Positions 30,273 to 39,648 of a DNA stretch of 64,000 nucleotides are shown here, one piece after another. Position 1 is the first letter of the stretch, and each line of letters starts with the position of its first letter. Below the pieces are notes generated by a model. That model did no database searches, was not told the origin of the DNA, and saw nothing but the letters and a program-made list of their open reading frames with translations. The position numbers and the translations under genes were made by a program. The stretch lies in NCBI GenBank assembly GCA_039679675.1, contig JBDKUN010000028.1, positions 64,001-128,000 of the forward strand, read 5' to 3'. The DNA is from Armatimonadota bacterium (GTDB lineage: Bacteria; Armatimonadota; UBA5829; DTLH01).

Positions 30273-31058
30273 ATGATAGTAGAAGCGAGAAGAGATGTTA
30301 TAACGCTGAGGGGTGTCCTTTCAGAAAACGAGTGGCCGGCTATCCAGACTGCCGCCAAACTGCTTATAGAGGAGCATCCGAGAGGCATTATTATAGACTG
30401 CAGCCAGCTTACCGAGATAACGGAAGAGGGAGCAAAAACGTTTCTGGACGGCATCAATTATATCCAGAAGCAGGATGCGAATATAATCGTTGTCGGGCTG
30501 CCGCCAAACGCGCTTGGAGTCGTAAAAAGAATCCGTTCCGTCGTATCCCAGCTTCCGATAGCTCCAACAATCGAGGATGCCCGGACCTCGCTTGGGCTTG
30601 AAGACCTGGATGCAGTACCGGTCAGCGGAAAGGCGCATATCGGCCTGGTGCTTTTGCTTGGAGACTGGCAGCGTGCTGCTGATGTTGCCTGCAGGCTGGC
30701 AGACCGGAGAAAAGACCAGATACACGTGGTAGACGTACTGAAGGTACCCAGGACTATGCCGCTGGCCACCCCGCTTCCTGAAGCGGAGGCCATGACACGG
30801 CGCAAGCTGGATGATGCGGATGTAATAGCCAGGCGACATAAGTTCAAGCTTTTTAAGCATGTGGAGCGCGCGCGCACCCTGGGCGAAGGTATCCAGAAGA
30901 TCTTCACGGCAGTCAAGCCTGAGGTGTTTATAGTGTGCATAGCGAGTGTAAGCGACGACACCGCCGAGCTGGTAAACCAGGTCATGCCGAGCATGCTCGC
31001 CAATCCTCCCTGTGAGGTGATTTACATCAGCCATCCCGATACAAGGGGCCCGGCTTAA
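30273..31058 (+). CDS. STAS plus universal-stress-protein-like domain protein
   Basis: IIIDCSQLTEITEEG STAS-like N-terminus; VLKVPRTMPLATPLPE...ERARTLGEGI...NPPCEVI USP-like C-terminus; start abuts the upstream stop. Confidence 0.65.
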   Translation: MIVEARRDVITLRGVLSENEWPAIQTAAKLLIEEHPRGIIIDCSQLTEITEEGAKTFLDGINYIQKQDANIIVVGLPPNALGVVKRIRSVVSQLPIAPTIEDARTSLGLEDLDAVPVSGKAHIGLVLLLGDWQRAADVACRLADRRKDQIHVVDVLKVPRTMPLATPLPEAEAMTRRKLDDADVIARRHKFKLFKHVERARTLGEGIQKIFTAVKPEVFIVCIASVSDDTAELVNQVMPSMLANPPCEVIYISHPDTRGPA

Positions 31059-31065
31059 CTACGAG

Positions 31066-31154
31066 TTGTCCACAGATAGAGAGTCCTTTTGCCGCAGCCT
31101 GTGGATGTTGTGCGTGAAGCCTGTGGAAAAGGACTGTGGACATGCTGTTGATTA
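31066..31154. promoter_or_regulatory. Cluster of DnaA-box-like nonamers
   Basis: TTGTCCACA (31066), TGTGGATGT (31100), TGTGGAAAA (31122), TGTGGACAT (31135), TGTTGATTA (31146). Confidence 0.55.
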
Positions 31155-31172
31155 CGCAATAGGGAATGCAAG

Positions 31173-32327
31173 ATGAATAAGGCCAAAACAACTATGATAA
31201 TTCGATTTTTGGGGGCAGTTATGCTTTCTTTATCTCTTTCCTCAACAGGAATAGCTCAAAGTTCTCATGCTGCTGGCGGAAGCGGGGTGGACAAGATCAA
31301 TTTGCTGCCGCCGGGCCCCGGCAATGAAAGAAATTCCGAAGGCGATTTCATTCAGTTGAAAGATGGCCGGCTATTGTTCATCTACAGCCATTTTACCGAT
31401 AGCCTGGAGGACAATGGCAACAGCTATTTGGCGAGCCGCGTCTCTTCTGACGGCGGCAAGACCTGGTCCAAAGAAGATGTGGTCGTTCTCAAGAATGAAA
31501 AGGCGATAAACCTGATGTCCGTTTCACTTCTCAGGCTGAAAAACGGCAAAATTGCGCTCTTTTTCCTGAGAAAACACTCCCTTTCGGACTGCCGCCCAAT
31601 GATGGCAACATCCAGGGACGAAGGCAAGACCTGGAGCAAACCGGTGATGTGCATAAATGACGAAGCCGGTTACTATGTAGTGAACAATGACCGTGTGATC
31701 CAGCTGAAGAGCGGGCGATTGGTCATCCCCGCGGCCGTGCATGTGGTTACTGAGATGGCGACGGGCCTGGATATTACGCCCGGAAAGGGAATGTGCTATC
31801 TTTCTGATGACAACGGCAGGACATGGCGCCGCAGCAACGTAATAGAGCCTCCAAAGGAAAGCCGTGGAGGCATACAGGAACCCCTTGTAATCGAACTGAA
31901 TGATGGCAGGCTGATGTTCCTTGCGCGGAGTGATATGGGGTGCCAGCTCAGGTCATGGTCGGCCGACGGAGGCGCCACATGGTCCCATATTGAAAAGTCG
32001 GACATCATTTCCCCGCTTTCTCCTGCAACTTTGAAGCGTATACCGAAGACCGGCGATCTGCTGCTTGTCTGGAACGACCACAAAAATGTGGACGCCGCAG
32101 ATAGGTGGAGGAGAAGTCCCCTAAACGTTGCCATTTCCAAGGACGAAGGCAAGACCTGGCAGAAAGAAAAGGTGATTGAGGACAACCCGGACGGCTGGTA
32201 CTGCTACACGACAGTGGAATTTGCCGGAAACCGCGTGCTCCTTGCCTATTGCGCCACCGAGCCGCCGCTCGGCCATCTGCAGCAGACCCGATTTGCATAT
32301 TTCGATCTTGAGTGGTTGTATAAATAG
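31173..32327 (+). CDS. Secreted BNR/Asp-box sialidase-family protein
   Basis: Five S.D.G.TW Asp-boxes; signal peptide. Confidence 0.88.
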   Translation: MNKAKTTMIIRFLGAVMLSLSLSSTGIAQSSHAAGGSGVDKINLLPPGPGNERNSEGDFIQLKDGRLLFIYSHFTDSLEDNGNSYLASRVSSDGGKTWSKEDVVVLKNEKAINLMSVSLLRLKNGKIALFFLRKHSLSDCRPMMATSRDEGKTWSKPVMCINDEAGYYVVNNDRVIQLKSGRLVIPAAVHVVTEMATGLDITPGKGMCYLSDDNGRTWRRSNVIEPPKESRGGIQEPLVIELNDGRLMFLARSDMGCQLRSWSADGGATWSHIEKSDIISPLSPATLKRIPKTGDLLLVWNDHKNVDAADRWRRSPLNVAISKDEGKTWQKEKVIEDNPDGWYCYTTVEFAGNRVLLAYCATEPPLGHLQQTRFAYFDLEWLYK

Positions 32328-32525
32328 GATTCCCCTTTTCGTGTAAAACCCCGGCTGCTGAAGGGCGATAGCTGAAAATTTGGTTTGAACGAAGCTATTG
32401 ACGCCGATTCGGCTGACGCTGTATCATGTCTCGGATTGGTCCGGCGATGCAGCAGGACCATTATTAATCCAAATTTCGGGCACAGTATATAATTCCGAGC
32501 CCAACCTACGATCAGGGATGAGGAT

Positions 32526-33110
32526 ATGACCCAAGATAGCCAAGAAGCCGTCAGCGCCGACATTTTTGTGCAGGGCGCGGAGATGAACCCCGCGTTCAGC
32601 GCTGAAATCGAGCACATGTGCGGCGAAAATTCCCTCAAATGTTACCAGTGCGGCGAGTGCACAGCCGGATGCCCAGCCGCTTTCGCAATGGAGCTTTCCC
32701 CCAACCAAGTTATGAGAATGGTCCAGATCGGCTGCAAAGAGCCTGTTCTGAACAGCTCGACAATATGGTTGTGTGCCGGCTGTCAGACCTGCGCCACCCG
32801 TTGCCCGCGAGGGCTTTCCGTCACAAAAGTGATGGATGCCTGCCGCGAGCTCGCCATGAAAGAGGGCATCAAGTGCCCTGAAAAGAGTGTCGAAGTATTC
32901 CACAAGCAATTCCTTGCGGATGTCGCGCGAAACGGACGGGTGCATGAGGTCGGTATGCTGGGGTTCTACAAAGTAATCTCCGGCAACTTATTTAGTGATA
33001 TTCCCCTCGGAATCAAGATGTTCCTGAGAGGTAAACTCGCGCTGCTCCCTTCAAGAATCAGGGGGCTGGGCGAGGTAAAGAAGATTTTTAAGAATATGGC
33101 GGCAAAGTAG
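32526..33110 (+). CDS. hdrC: Heterodisulfide reductase subunit C
   Basis: CYQCGECTAGCP and IWLCAGCQTCATRCP. Confidence 0.9.
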   Translation: MTQDSQEAVSADIFVQGAEMNPAFSAEIEHMCGENSLKCYQCGECTAGCPAAFAMELSPNQVMRMVQIGCKEPVLNSSTIWLCAGCQTCATRCPRGLSVTKVMDACRELAMKEGIKCPEKSVEVFHKQFLADVARNGRVHEVGMLGFYKVISGNLFSDIPLGIKMFLRGKLALLPSRIRGLGEVKKIFKNMAAK

Positions 33111-33995
33111 ATGAAGTTCGCGTATTTTCCAGGTTGTTCGCTGCATTCCACAGCAAAAGAGTTTGGTGACTCGACCGTAGCGGTATGCAAGGCTCTCGGT
33201 ATCGACCTTCAGGAGATTCCAGACTGGAGCTGCTGCGGCGCGACATCGGCCCATGCCACAAACCACGAGCTGGCTGTGGCGCTCCCCGCAAGGAGCCTCG
33301 GCATTGCCGAGAAGATGGGGCTCGACATCGTTGCACCCTGCGCGGCCTGCTACAACAGGCTGAAATCCGCAGAGATGGCGATGAAGGATAACGGAGCGCT
33401 GGCCGAGAAGATCAATGCCACGCTCGATGCAAAATACACGGGCGCCATATCCGTCCGGCCGCTCATCGACCCGCTTTCCACGCCTGAGATGCTGGAAAGG
33501 CTGGCGGGGCTCGTCAGAAAACCGCTTACCGGTATGAAGGTCGCGAGCTACTATGGATGCCTGCTCACCCGACCGCCGAAGGTAGTCGGGTTTGACGACC
33601 CGGAGGACCCAAAGTCCATCGACAGCATCGTGACGGCGCTCGGAGCCGAGCCGGTTGATTGGCACTACAAAACTGAGTGCTGCGGCGCGAGCTTCTCGCT
33701 CACCAGAGTCGATATGGTGCAGAAAATGACGCACGATGTCCTTCTTAGAGCGAAAAACGCCGGAGCCGATGCGATGGCATGCGCTTGCCCGCTCTGCCAA
33801 GCGAACCTGGATATGCGGCAGGAAGAGATCGAGAGTCTATACAAAGAGACATTCGGGCTGCCCGCGTTCTATATAACGGAGCTTATGGCGCTTGCGATGG
33901 ACCTGCCTAAGACGATGTGCTATTTCAATAAGCATCTGGTGGACGTATCATCTGCGCTGAAGGCGATAGGAAAGCAGCAGGTGGCAGCGGAGTAG
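33111..33995 (+). CDS. hdrB: Heterodisulfide reductase subunit B
   Basis: YFPGC, WSCCG, YYGCLL, ECCGAS, CPLCQANLD (two CCG domains). Confidence 0.92.
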   Translation: MKFAYFPGCSLHSTAKEFGDSTVAVCKALGIDLQEIPDWSCCGATSAHATNHELAVALPARSLGIAEKMGLDIVAPCAACYNRLKSAEMAMKDNGALAEKINATLDAKYTGAISVRPLIDPLSTPEMLERLAGLVRKPLTGMKVASYYGCLLTRPPKVVGFDDPEDPKSIDSIVTALGAEPVDWHYKTECCGASFSLTRVDMVQKMTHDVLLRAKNAGADAMACACPLCQANLDMRQEEIESLYKETFGLPAFYITELMALAMDLPKTMCYFNKHLVDVSSALKAIGKQQVAAE

Positions 33996-34002
33996 GAAGT
34001 GA

Positions 34003-34241
34003 TTTTGAACCGCGGAGGCACTGAAGCGATATGGAGACGCGGAATTACGGGTTGCGGAAAATCGGCGAAGGTTACCCGCAATCGGAATTGACTTCGAAGA
34101 TAATCGCATGTGCCATAGAGGTTCATAGAGTTCTTGGGATTATGTTAAGCGGCTGGTAAATGCAAAGAACTGTGAAGTAGCGGAAATTAATCGGAATACG
34201 TGAATCTAAATTCCGCGATTCCGTGCTTCCGCGGTTCAGAA
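34003..34241. repeat. MITE-like element with imperfect terminal inverted repeats
   Basis: ttttgaaccgcggaggcac...cgcggaatt versus aattccgcgattccgtgcttccgcggttcagaa; same terminus as at 21755. Confidence 0.65.
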
Positions 34242-34300
34242 CTGAAAGCAGTGACTTCGGAGCAAGATCGGGCTGAAGCTTAAGACCGAAAGGATCAGGC

Positions 34301-34768
34301 ATGGGATCTTTACGGATAATCAGGTGGATTGCACGGTTAATAGTGTTGATAATCGCTGTGCCTTTTCTAGCGGCTGTGGGGTGGGTTGCGTATCAAAAAG
34401 AATATTCGATGAATATTCTGGAAATGCCCCCTTTTAATCCATTCCTCATTGGATGGTTTGCCGGCATTTTATCGGCAGTGCTATTTTGTCTGCTTATCAA
34501 ATGGGGCGGTACTGCATTAAAAAAGCGTAAGCCGCTTATAAACAACGAATTAGGCGGGCTTATCATTGCGATAGCGGTATTTTTACCGCTTGTAATAATT
34601 GCAAAACACTTTATTGGTTTTTCAATTGTTGGATTTGCAACAGGTGGAGCAAGCCTGGGCACAGGAATAGGACTCTTTCTTACAGGTGAGATTTCACTGA
34701 AGGAAGAGAAACCTCTCATTGCTCAATTACGGGATACCTGGAAACAACGGACAGCTCGGCGTCAATAA
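34301..34768 (+). CDS. Hypothetical membrane protein inserted between hdrB and hdrA
   Basis: About 4 TM segments; visibly AT-richer than the hdr genes. Confidence 0.65.
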   Translation: MGSLRIIRWIARLIVLIIAVPFLAAVGWVAYQKEYSMNILEMPPFNPFLIGWFAGILSAVLFCLLIKWGGTALKKRKPLINNELGGLIIAIAVFLPLVIIAKHFIGFSIVGFATGGASLGTGIGLFLTGEISLKEEKPLIAQLRDTWKQRTARRQ

Positions 34769-34842
34769 AGACAGCTTCGAGCATATGAAGCATAAAAAGC
34801 TGATGGCTGCGGGCTTACAGCTCGCAGCTAAAAGAGGTAACG

Positions 34843-36846
34843 ATGGCAAGAATCGGAGTTTTCGTGTGCCACTGCGGCACGAACATAGCAAAGACGGTCG
34901 ATGTTGATAAGGTCGCACAGGCTGCAGCCGAGTTTCCTGATGTCGTTTTTGCCACTAATTACAAATATATGTGCTCTGAGCCGGGCCAGAACCTGATAAA
35001 GGAGGCCATCAGGGAGCACAAGCTGGACCGCGTAGTCGTGGCAGCGTGTTCACCGCGCCTGCATGAGCCTACGTTCCGGCGCTGCATCGAGCAGGAAGGG
35101 CTGAACCCCTACTTCGCCGAGATGGCAAACATCAGAGAGCATTGCTCCTGGGTCCACGAAGACCACGATGCCGCGACTGAAAAAGCCATCGACATCGTCG
35201 GCATGATGGTCGCCAAGGCTAAGAAAAACGAGCCGCTCTTCACGAAGGACATCCCGCTCACCAAGAAAGCTATGGTCATCGGCGGCGGCGTGGCCGGAAT
35301 CAGGGCCGCGCTCGACATCGCCGAAGCGGGCTACAAGGTAGTCCTCGTTGAAAAGACTCCTTCCATCGGCGGCCGAATGGCCCAGTATGACAAGACCTTC
35401 CCGACGCTCGACTGCGCCGCGTGTATTCTGACCCCTATGATGGTCGACTGCGCGAGCCACCCGAATATCCAGATTATGTCTTATTCCGAGGTCGAAGAAG
35501 TCTCCGGCTACGTCGGCAACTTCACGGTCAAGATTCGGAAGAAGGCAAGAAGCGTCGATGCCTCCAAGTGCACCGGCTGCGGCGTCTGCTATGAAAAATG
35601 TGTCGTCAAGGGGCTCAAAAATGAGTTCGACGAAGGGCTCGGTGAGCGGCATGCGATCTATGTTCCGTTCCCGCAGGCTGTCCCGAACGTCCCTGTAATC
35701 GACCGCGAGCACTGCCGCCAGTTCGTAAAGGGCAAGTGCGGCGTCTGCCAGAAGATGTGCCCTGCCGGAGCAATCGACTACGAACAGGAAGACGAGATCG
35801 TGACCGAGGAGATCGGCGCAATCGTCGTCGCAACCGGGTTCAAGCTCTGGGACTACAGCAAGCTAGGTGAGTACGGCTACGGGAAGTACCCGGATGTCAT
35901 CAGCGGAATCCAGTTCGAACGGTTGATGAACGCATCCGGCCCGACCGAAGGTAAGATCAAGAGGCCGTCAGACGGCAAGGTCCCTGAGTCCGTCGTATTC
36001 CTCTCCTGCATAGGGTCGAGGGACGACGAGCACGGCTATCCTTACTGCTCCAAGGTCTGCTGCATGTATAACGCCAAGCACGCGCTGCTCTTAAAAGACA
36101 AGCTGCACGACGCAAAGGCTTACGTTTTTTATATGGACATCCGCGCAAACGGCAAGGGATATGAAGAGTTCGTCCGAAGGGCCATAGAGGACTACGGCGC
36201 AACCTATATCCGGGGCCGGGTGAGCCGGATTTTCCCCGAAGACGGCAAAATGGTCGTCCGGGGCGCGGACACGCTCCTCGGAAAGCCCGTAGAAGTGAGA
36301 GCGGACATGGTGGTCCTCGCGACCGCTATGGAGCCTCAAAGCGACGCGAAAGACCTTGCAAGACTGCTGGGAATATCGACGGACCAGTACAACTGGTTCG
36401 CTGAAGCGCATCCCAAGCTCAGGCCGGTCGAGGTACTCACCGCCGGAATCTACCTTGCGGGAGCCTGCCAGTATCCTAAGGACATCCCTGATACGGTAGC
36501 ACAGGCCTCAGGCGCGGCTTCGAAGGTCACGGGGCTCTTCTCGAAAGAGGCGATCACCTCCGAGCCGATGATCGCTTACATAAACGAAGAAACCTGCGTC
36601 GGCTGCGGGCTCTGCGCGAGCGTCTGCCCGTTCACGGCGATAGATATGGTCGAAGTGGTCGACCGGGCGAAATCGACCCGCGAGAACCAGGTTATGAGGA
36701 CAGTGGCAAGGGTCAACGAAGGCGTCTGCCACGGATGCGGGACCTGCGCCGCCGGTTGCCGGTCGCTTTCAGCGAAGCTTAGAGGCTTCGAGGACAGCCA
36801 GATCCTGGCCGAAATCGACGCACTCGCGAATATACACGTAAAATAG
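34843..36846 (+). CDS. hdrA: Heterodisulfide reductase subunit A
   Basis: GVFVCHCGTNIA, VVAACSPR, NIREHCSW, GGGVAG FAD motif, DKTFPTLDC, ferredoxin inserts. Confidence 0.96.
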   Translation: MARIGVFVCHCGTNIAKTVDVDKVAQAAAEFPDVVFATNYKYMCSEPGQNLIKEAIREHKLDRVVVAACSPRLHEPTFRRCIEQEGLNPYFAEMANIREHCSWVHEDHDAATEKAIDIVGMMVAKAKKNEPLFTKDIPLTKKAMVIGGGVAGIRAALDIAEAGYKVVLVEKTPSIGGRMAQYDKTFPTLDCAACILTPMMVDCASHPNIQIMSYSEVEEVSGYVGNFTVKIRKKARSVDASKCTGCGVCYEKCVVKGLKNEFDEGLGERHAIYVPFPQAVPNVPVIDREHCRQFVKGKCGVCQKMCPAGAIDYEQEDEIVTEEIGAIVVATGFKLWDYSKLGEYGYGKYPDVISGIQFERLMNASGPTEGKIKRPSDGKVPESVVFLSCIGSRDDEHGYPYCSKVCCMYNAKHALLLKDKLHDAKAYVFYMDIRANGKGYEEFVRRAIEDYGATYIRGRVSRIFPEDGKMVVRGADTLLGKPVEVRADMVVLATAMEPQSDAKDLARLLGISTDQYNWFAEAHPKLRPVEVLTAGIYLAGACQYPKDIPDTVAQASGAASKVTGLFSKEAITSEPMIAYINEETCVGCGLCASVCPFTAIDMVEVVDRAKSTRENQVMRTVARVNEGVCHGCGTCAAGCRSLSAKLRGFEDSQILAEIDALANIHVK

Positions 36847-36879
36847 GGTTCTAATCACTTTCGTGACGAAAGAAAAGAT

Positions 36880-37341
36880 ATGACAGAAGAGATTACTGAG
36901 CAACAGAAGACAGAAAAAGGCTGGGAGCCGGTGATTTTAGGCATCCTGTGTAACTGGTGCAGCTATGCCGGAGCAGACCTTGCGGGAAGCTCCAGGCTGA
37001 AGCAGCCGGCGAACCTCAGGATTGTCCGCGTCCCGTGTTCCGGGCGCGTCAACCCGCTTTTTATCCTTAAAGGGTTCCAGAAGGGGTTCGATGGTGTAGT
37101 AGTGCTTGGGTGTCACCCAGGCGATTGCCACTACGCCAAGGGGAACTACTTCGCCAGACGCCGGATTATGCTCATAAAGGAGCTTCTCCAGAGCGTAGGA
37201 ATAGAGCCGGAGCGGTTCCATTTCGAGTGGGTCTCCGCATCCGAGGGTATACGGTTCGCGGAAGTCGTCCGGGAGATGTCCGACAATATCAAAAAAATCG
37301 GGCCGTTCACCGGCGTGGACTGCTCAAAGGTCACTATGTAG
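36880..37341 (+). CDS. flxD: MvhD/FlxD [2Fe-2S] subunit
   Basis: CNWCSYAGAD, VPCSGRV, GCHPGDCHY, WVSASEG. Confidence 0.9.
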   Translation: MTEEITEQQKTEKGWEPVILGILCNWCSYAGADLAGSSRLKQPANLRIVRVPCSGRVNPLFILKGFQKGFDGVVVLGCHPGDCHYAKGNYFARRRIMLIKELLQSVGIEPERFHFEWVSASEGIRFAEVVREMSDNIKKIGPFTGVDCSKVTM

Positions 37342-37372
37342 TACCATCCTGAATCGCAGGTGTGTAAAGCGA

Positions 37373-37777
37373 ATGAGCCCGGAACGCAGGCGAAACCTTG
37401 TAATAGCATTAGCGATCTTTGCGGTTTACTGTATTATAGAGATCGCCAGCTTATTGTTTGGGTTTGGTTTGTTGAGCCGCGGAGCAACCTTTATGCCGGG
37501 GATAGCTTCGGGAATGTTTGTGGGCTATGCCATGATCGAAGGCTTACTCACTTTTAAACCTGGTGAGTCCGTCTTTATTGCGCAGCCGGACGACGATATA
37601 AAGCTGCATCGAATGCCGATTGTCAAAGCGATGCTTTATGTTTTTGCTCCGATGGCAGCGTTGCCAGTTCGCATTAACCATTGGCTGATTTATCTTTCGA
37701 TAGCGTTATTTGCCGGAATCTTGGTCCATGTGGGATGGCTTGTAGCCAAATACGTACGTGAACCGAATAATGCTTAA
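37373..37777 (+). CDS. Hypothetical membrane protein inserted after flxD
   Basis: About 4 hydrophobic segments, 134 aa. Confidence 0.6.
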   Translation: MSPERRRNLVIALAIFAVYCIIEIASLLFGFGLLSRGATFMPGIASGMFVGYAMIEGLLTFKPGESVFIAQPDDDIKLHRMPIVKAMLYVFAPMAALPVRINHWLIYLSIALFAGILVHVGWLVAKYVREPNNA

Positions 37778-37779
37778 CT

Positions 37780-39531
37780 GTGGAGCGGGATCCAGACCGT
37801 AAATATGAGGTATCAGGTGTGCAGTTAGTCAAAGACGGAAAAAGCGGCTATGTCATCATAATTGCGAAAGATGCGTCTCCGTCTGAGCATCGTGCAGCAG
37901 CCGAATTCCAGCGGTTTATAGGTGAGATGTCCGGCGTGACTATACCTTATGCACCGGACAGCGCGAACCCGCCGGAGAACGCAGTGCTCATCGGGAACTC
38001 CGAAGCGCTGAAGTCGCTCGGGCTGGAAATCGACTTTGATGATCTAGGTGAAGAAGGCTACACCATAAGGACAGCCGGAAAGAGACTCGTCATAGCTGGT
38101 GGGAAGCTGCGCGGAACGATGTACGGGGTCTCCGGGCTCCTGGAAGACGTTCTCGGCTGCAGATGGTACAGCTCCAAAGTGAGCAGAATACCAAGTAAGC
38201 CCACTATAGACATTGATAACCTGAATATAACGGAAAAGCCCGCCTTCGAGTACCGCGAGCCGTTCTATACAGAGGCATGGGACAAGGACTGGGCAGCGCG
38301 GAACCGGAACAACGGAGCCACCATGGAGCTGGACGAGGAGACCGGCGGCAAGTTGGTCTACTACCCGTTCGTTCATTCGTTCGACAAGCTGGTCCCGCTC
38401 GATAAATATTGGGATACGCATCCTGAGTATTTCTCGCTGGTCAAAGGAGAGCGGGTCAAAGAAAACACCCAGCTCTGCATGTCCAACCCGGATGTCCTGA
38501 AGATCGCGACGGCGACCGTGATGGAATGGATAAAGGAACATCCTGAGGCTAAAATCTATTCGGTCTCTCAAAACGATTGGAACCGCAACTGCCAGTGCGA
38601 TAAATGCCGGGCAATCGACGAAGAAGAGGGCAGCCCATCGGGGCTTTTGCTCCGGTTTTGCAATGCTATAGCAGAAGAAGTGGAGAAGGCCTATCCTGAT
38701 AAGCTGATCGACACTTTGGCTTACGAATGGACGGAAAAGCCGCCGAAGATCACAAAGCCGCGGCACAACGTCCGGGTGAGGCTTTGCCCGATAAAGTGCT
38801 GCGAAGCGCACCCGTATGAGTCCTGCGACAAGCAAGAAAATATCGATTTTGCGGCTAACCTTAAGGAATGGGCCAGGATTACGGATAACCTTTATATCTG
38901 GCACTATAACACAAGTTTCAAGCATTATCTGCTTCCGTTCCCGGACTACAGGCAGCTGCCTGATTCCGCAAAGCTTTATAAGAAATACGGCGTTGTAGGG
39001 GTGTTCTGGCAGGGCAGCTATCCTGAAGGCGGCGGAGGCGAGTTTGCCGAGCTGAAGTCTTATATGCTGGCAAAGCTCTCCTGGAATCCGAATGTCGATG
39101 CGGATGCCGTAATTAAAGACTTTTTGGACGGCTACTACGGTACAGGCGGTAAGTATATAAGAGAGTACATCGAACTCCTTGTGGATAAAGTCACGAAGGA
39201 TAATATCCATCTGAGCATCTGGGACGAGCCGACGGCAGTTTTTCTGACGTCTGAGATAATCTCTAAGGCCGATGAGCTGTTTGAAAAAGCAAAAGCCGCC
39301 GCTGAGTCGCCGGATGTTCTTGAAAGAATAAATAAAGCTTATCTGTCTATCGAATACGTCAAGCTGATGCAACCTATAATGCGTAAGGAGTTCACTGACA
39401 AAGAGAAAGCGCTAAACGAGCTCGATGCGTTCGCTGCTAAGTGCAAAGGCTACGGGCTGACCCGCTTTGAAGAATGGAACCCGATGGACATAACGCGCGA
39501 CCGTTTCAAAAAGGATCTGATCGGGCTGTAA
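37780..39531 (+). CDS. DUF4838-type glycoside-hydrolase-like protein (start may be GTG 37819)
   Basis: GH20/GH67-like N-terminal domain (EGYTIRT..LVIAGG..RGTMYGV), HPEYFSL, QLCMSNPDV, SQND..CQCDKC, LAYEWT. Confidence 0.8.
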   Translation: MERDPDRKYEVSGVQLVKDGKSGYVIIIAKDASPSEHRAAAEFQRFIGEMSGVTIPYAPDSANPPENAVLIGNSEALKSLGLEIDFDDLGEEGYTIRTAGKRLVIAGGKLRGTMYGVSGLLEDVLGCRWYSSKVSRIPSKPTIDIDNLNITEKPAFEYREPFYTEAWDKDWAARNRNNGATMELDEETGGKLVYYPFVHSFDKLVPLDKYWDTHPEYFSLVKGERVKENTQLCMSNPDVLKIATATVMEWIKEHPEAKIYSVSQNDWNRNCQCDKCRAIDEEEGSPSGLLLRFCNAIAEEVEKAYPDKLIDTLAYEWTEKPPKITKPRHNVRVRLCPIKCCEAHPYESCDKQENIDFAANLKEWARITDNLYIWHYNTSFKHYLLPFPDYRQLPDSAKLYKKYGVVGVFWQGSYPEGGGGEFAELKSYMLAKLSWNPNVDADAVIKDFLDGYYGTGGKYIREYIELLVDKVTKDNIHLSIWDEPTAVFLTSEIISKADELFEKAKAAAESPDVLERINKAYLSIEYVKLMQPIMRKEFTDKEKALNELDAFAAKCKGYGLTRFEEWNPMDITRDRFKKDLIGL

Positions 39532-39648
39532 GATATTTTGCATCTGGCCGCCTGCGGCGGACGCTCGGCAAGCAGTCCGAAGCAATTAAATTTATTATAA
39601 CAGGGATAAAGCGGCTGAAAACCGGCCGCTGAAAGCTGACAGCTAAAA

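Noticed and set aside
31060..31170. oriC
   Set aside because: No adjacent dnaA/dnaN/gidA and no clear unwinding element. Retained only as a DnaA-box cluster.
34123..34150. dif-like site (TTATGTTAAG)
   Set aside because: Only the XerD-like arm matches; there is no plausible XerC arm.
34843..37341. Selenocysteine recoding in HdrA or MvhD/FlxD
   Set aside because: Both frames are uninterrupted and have Cys at the motif positions.
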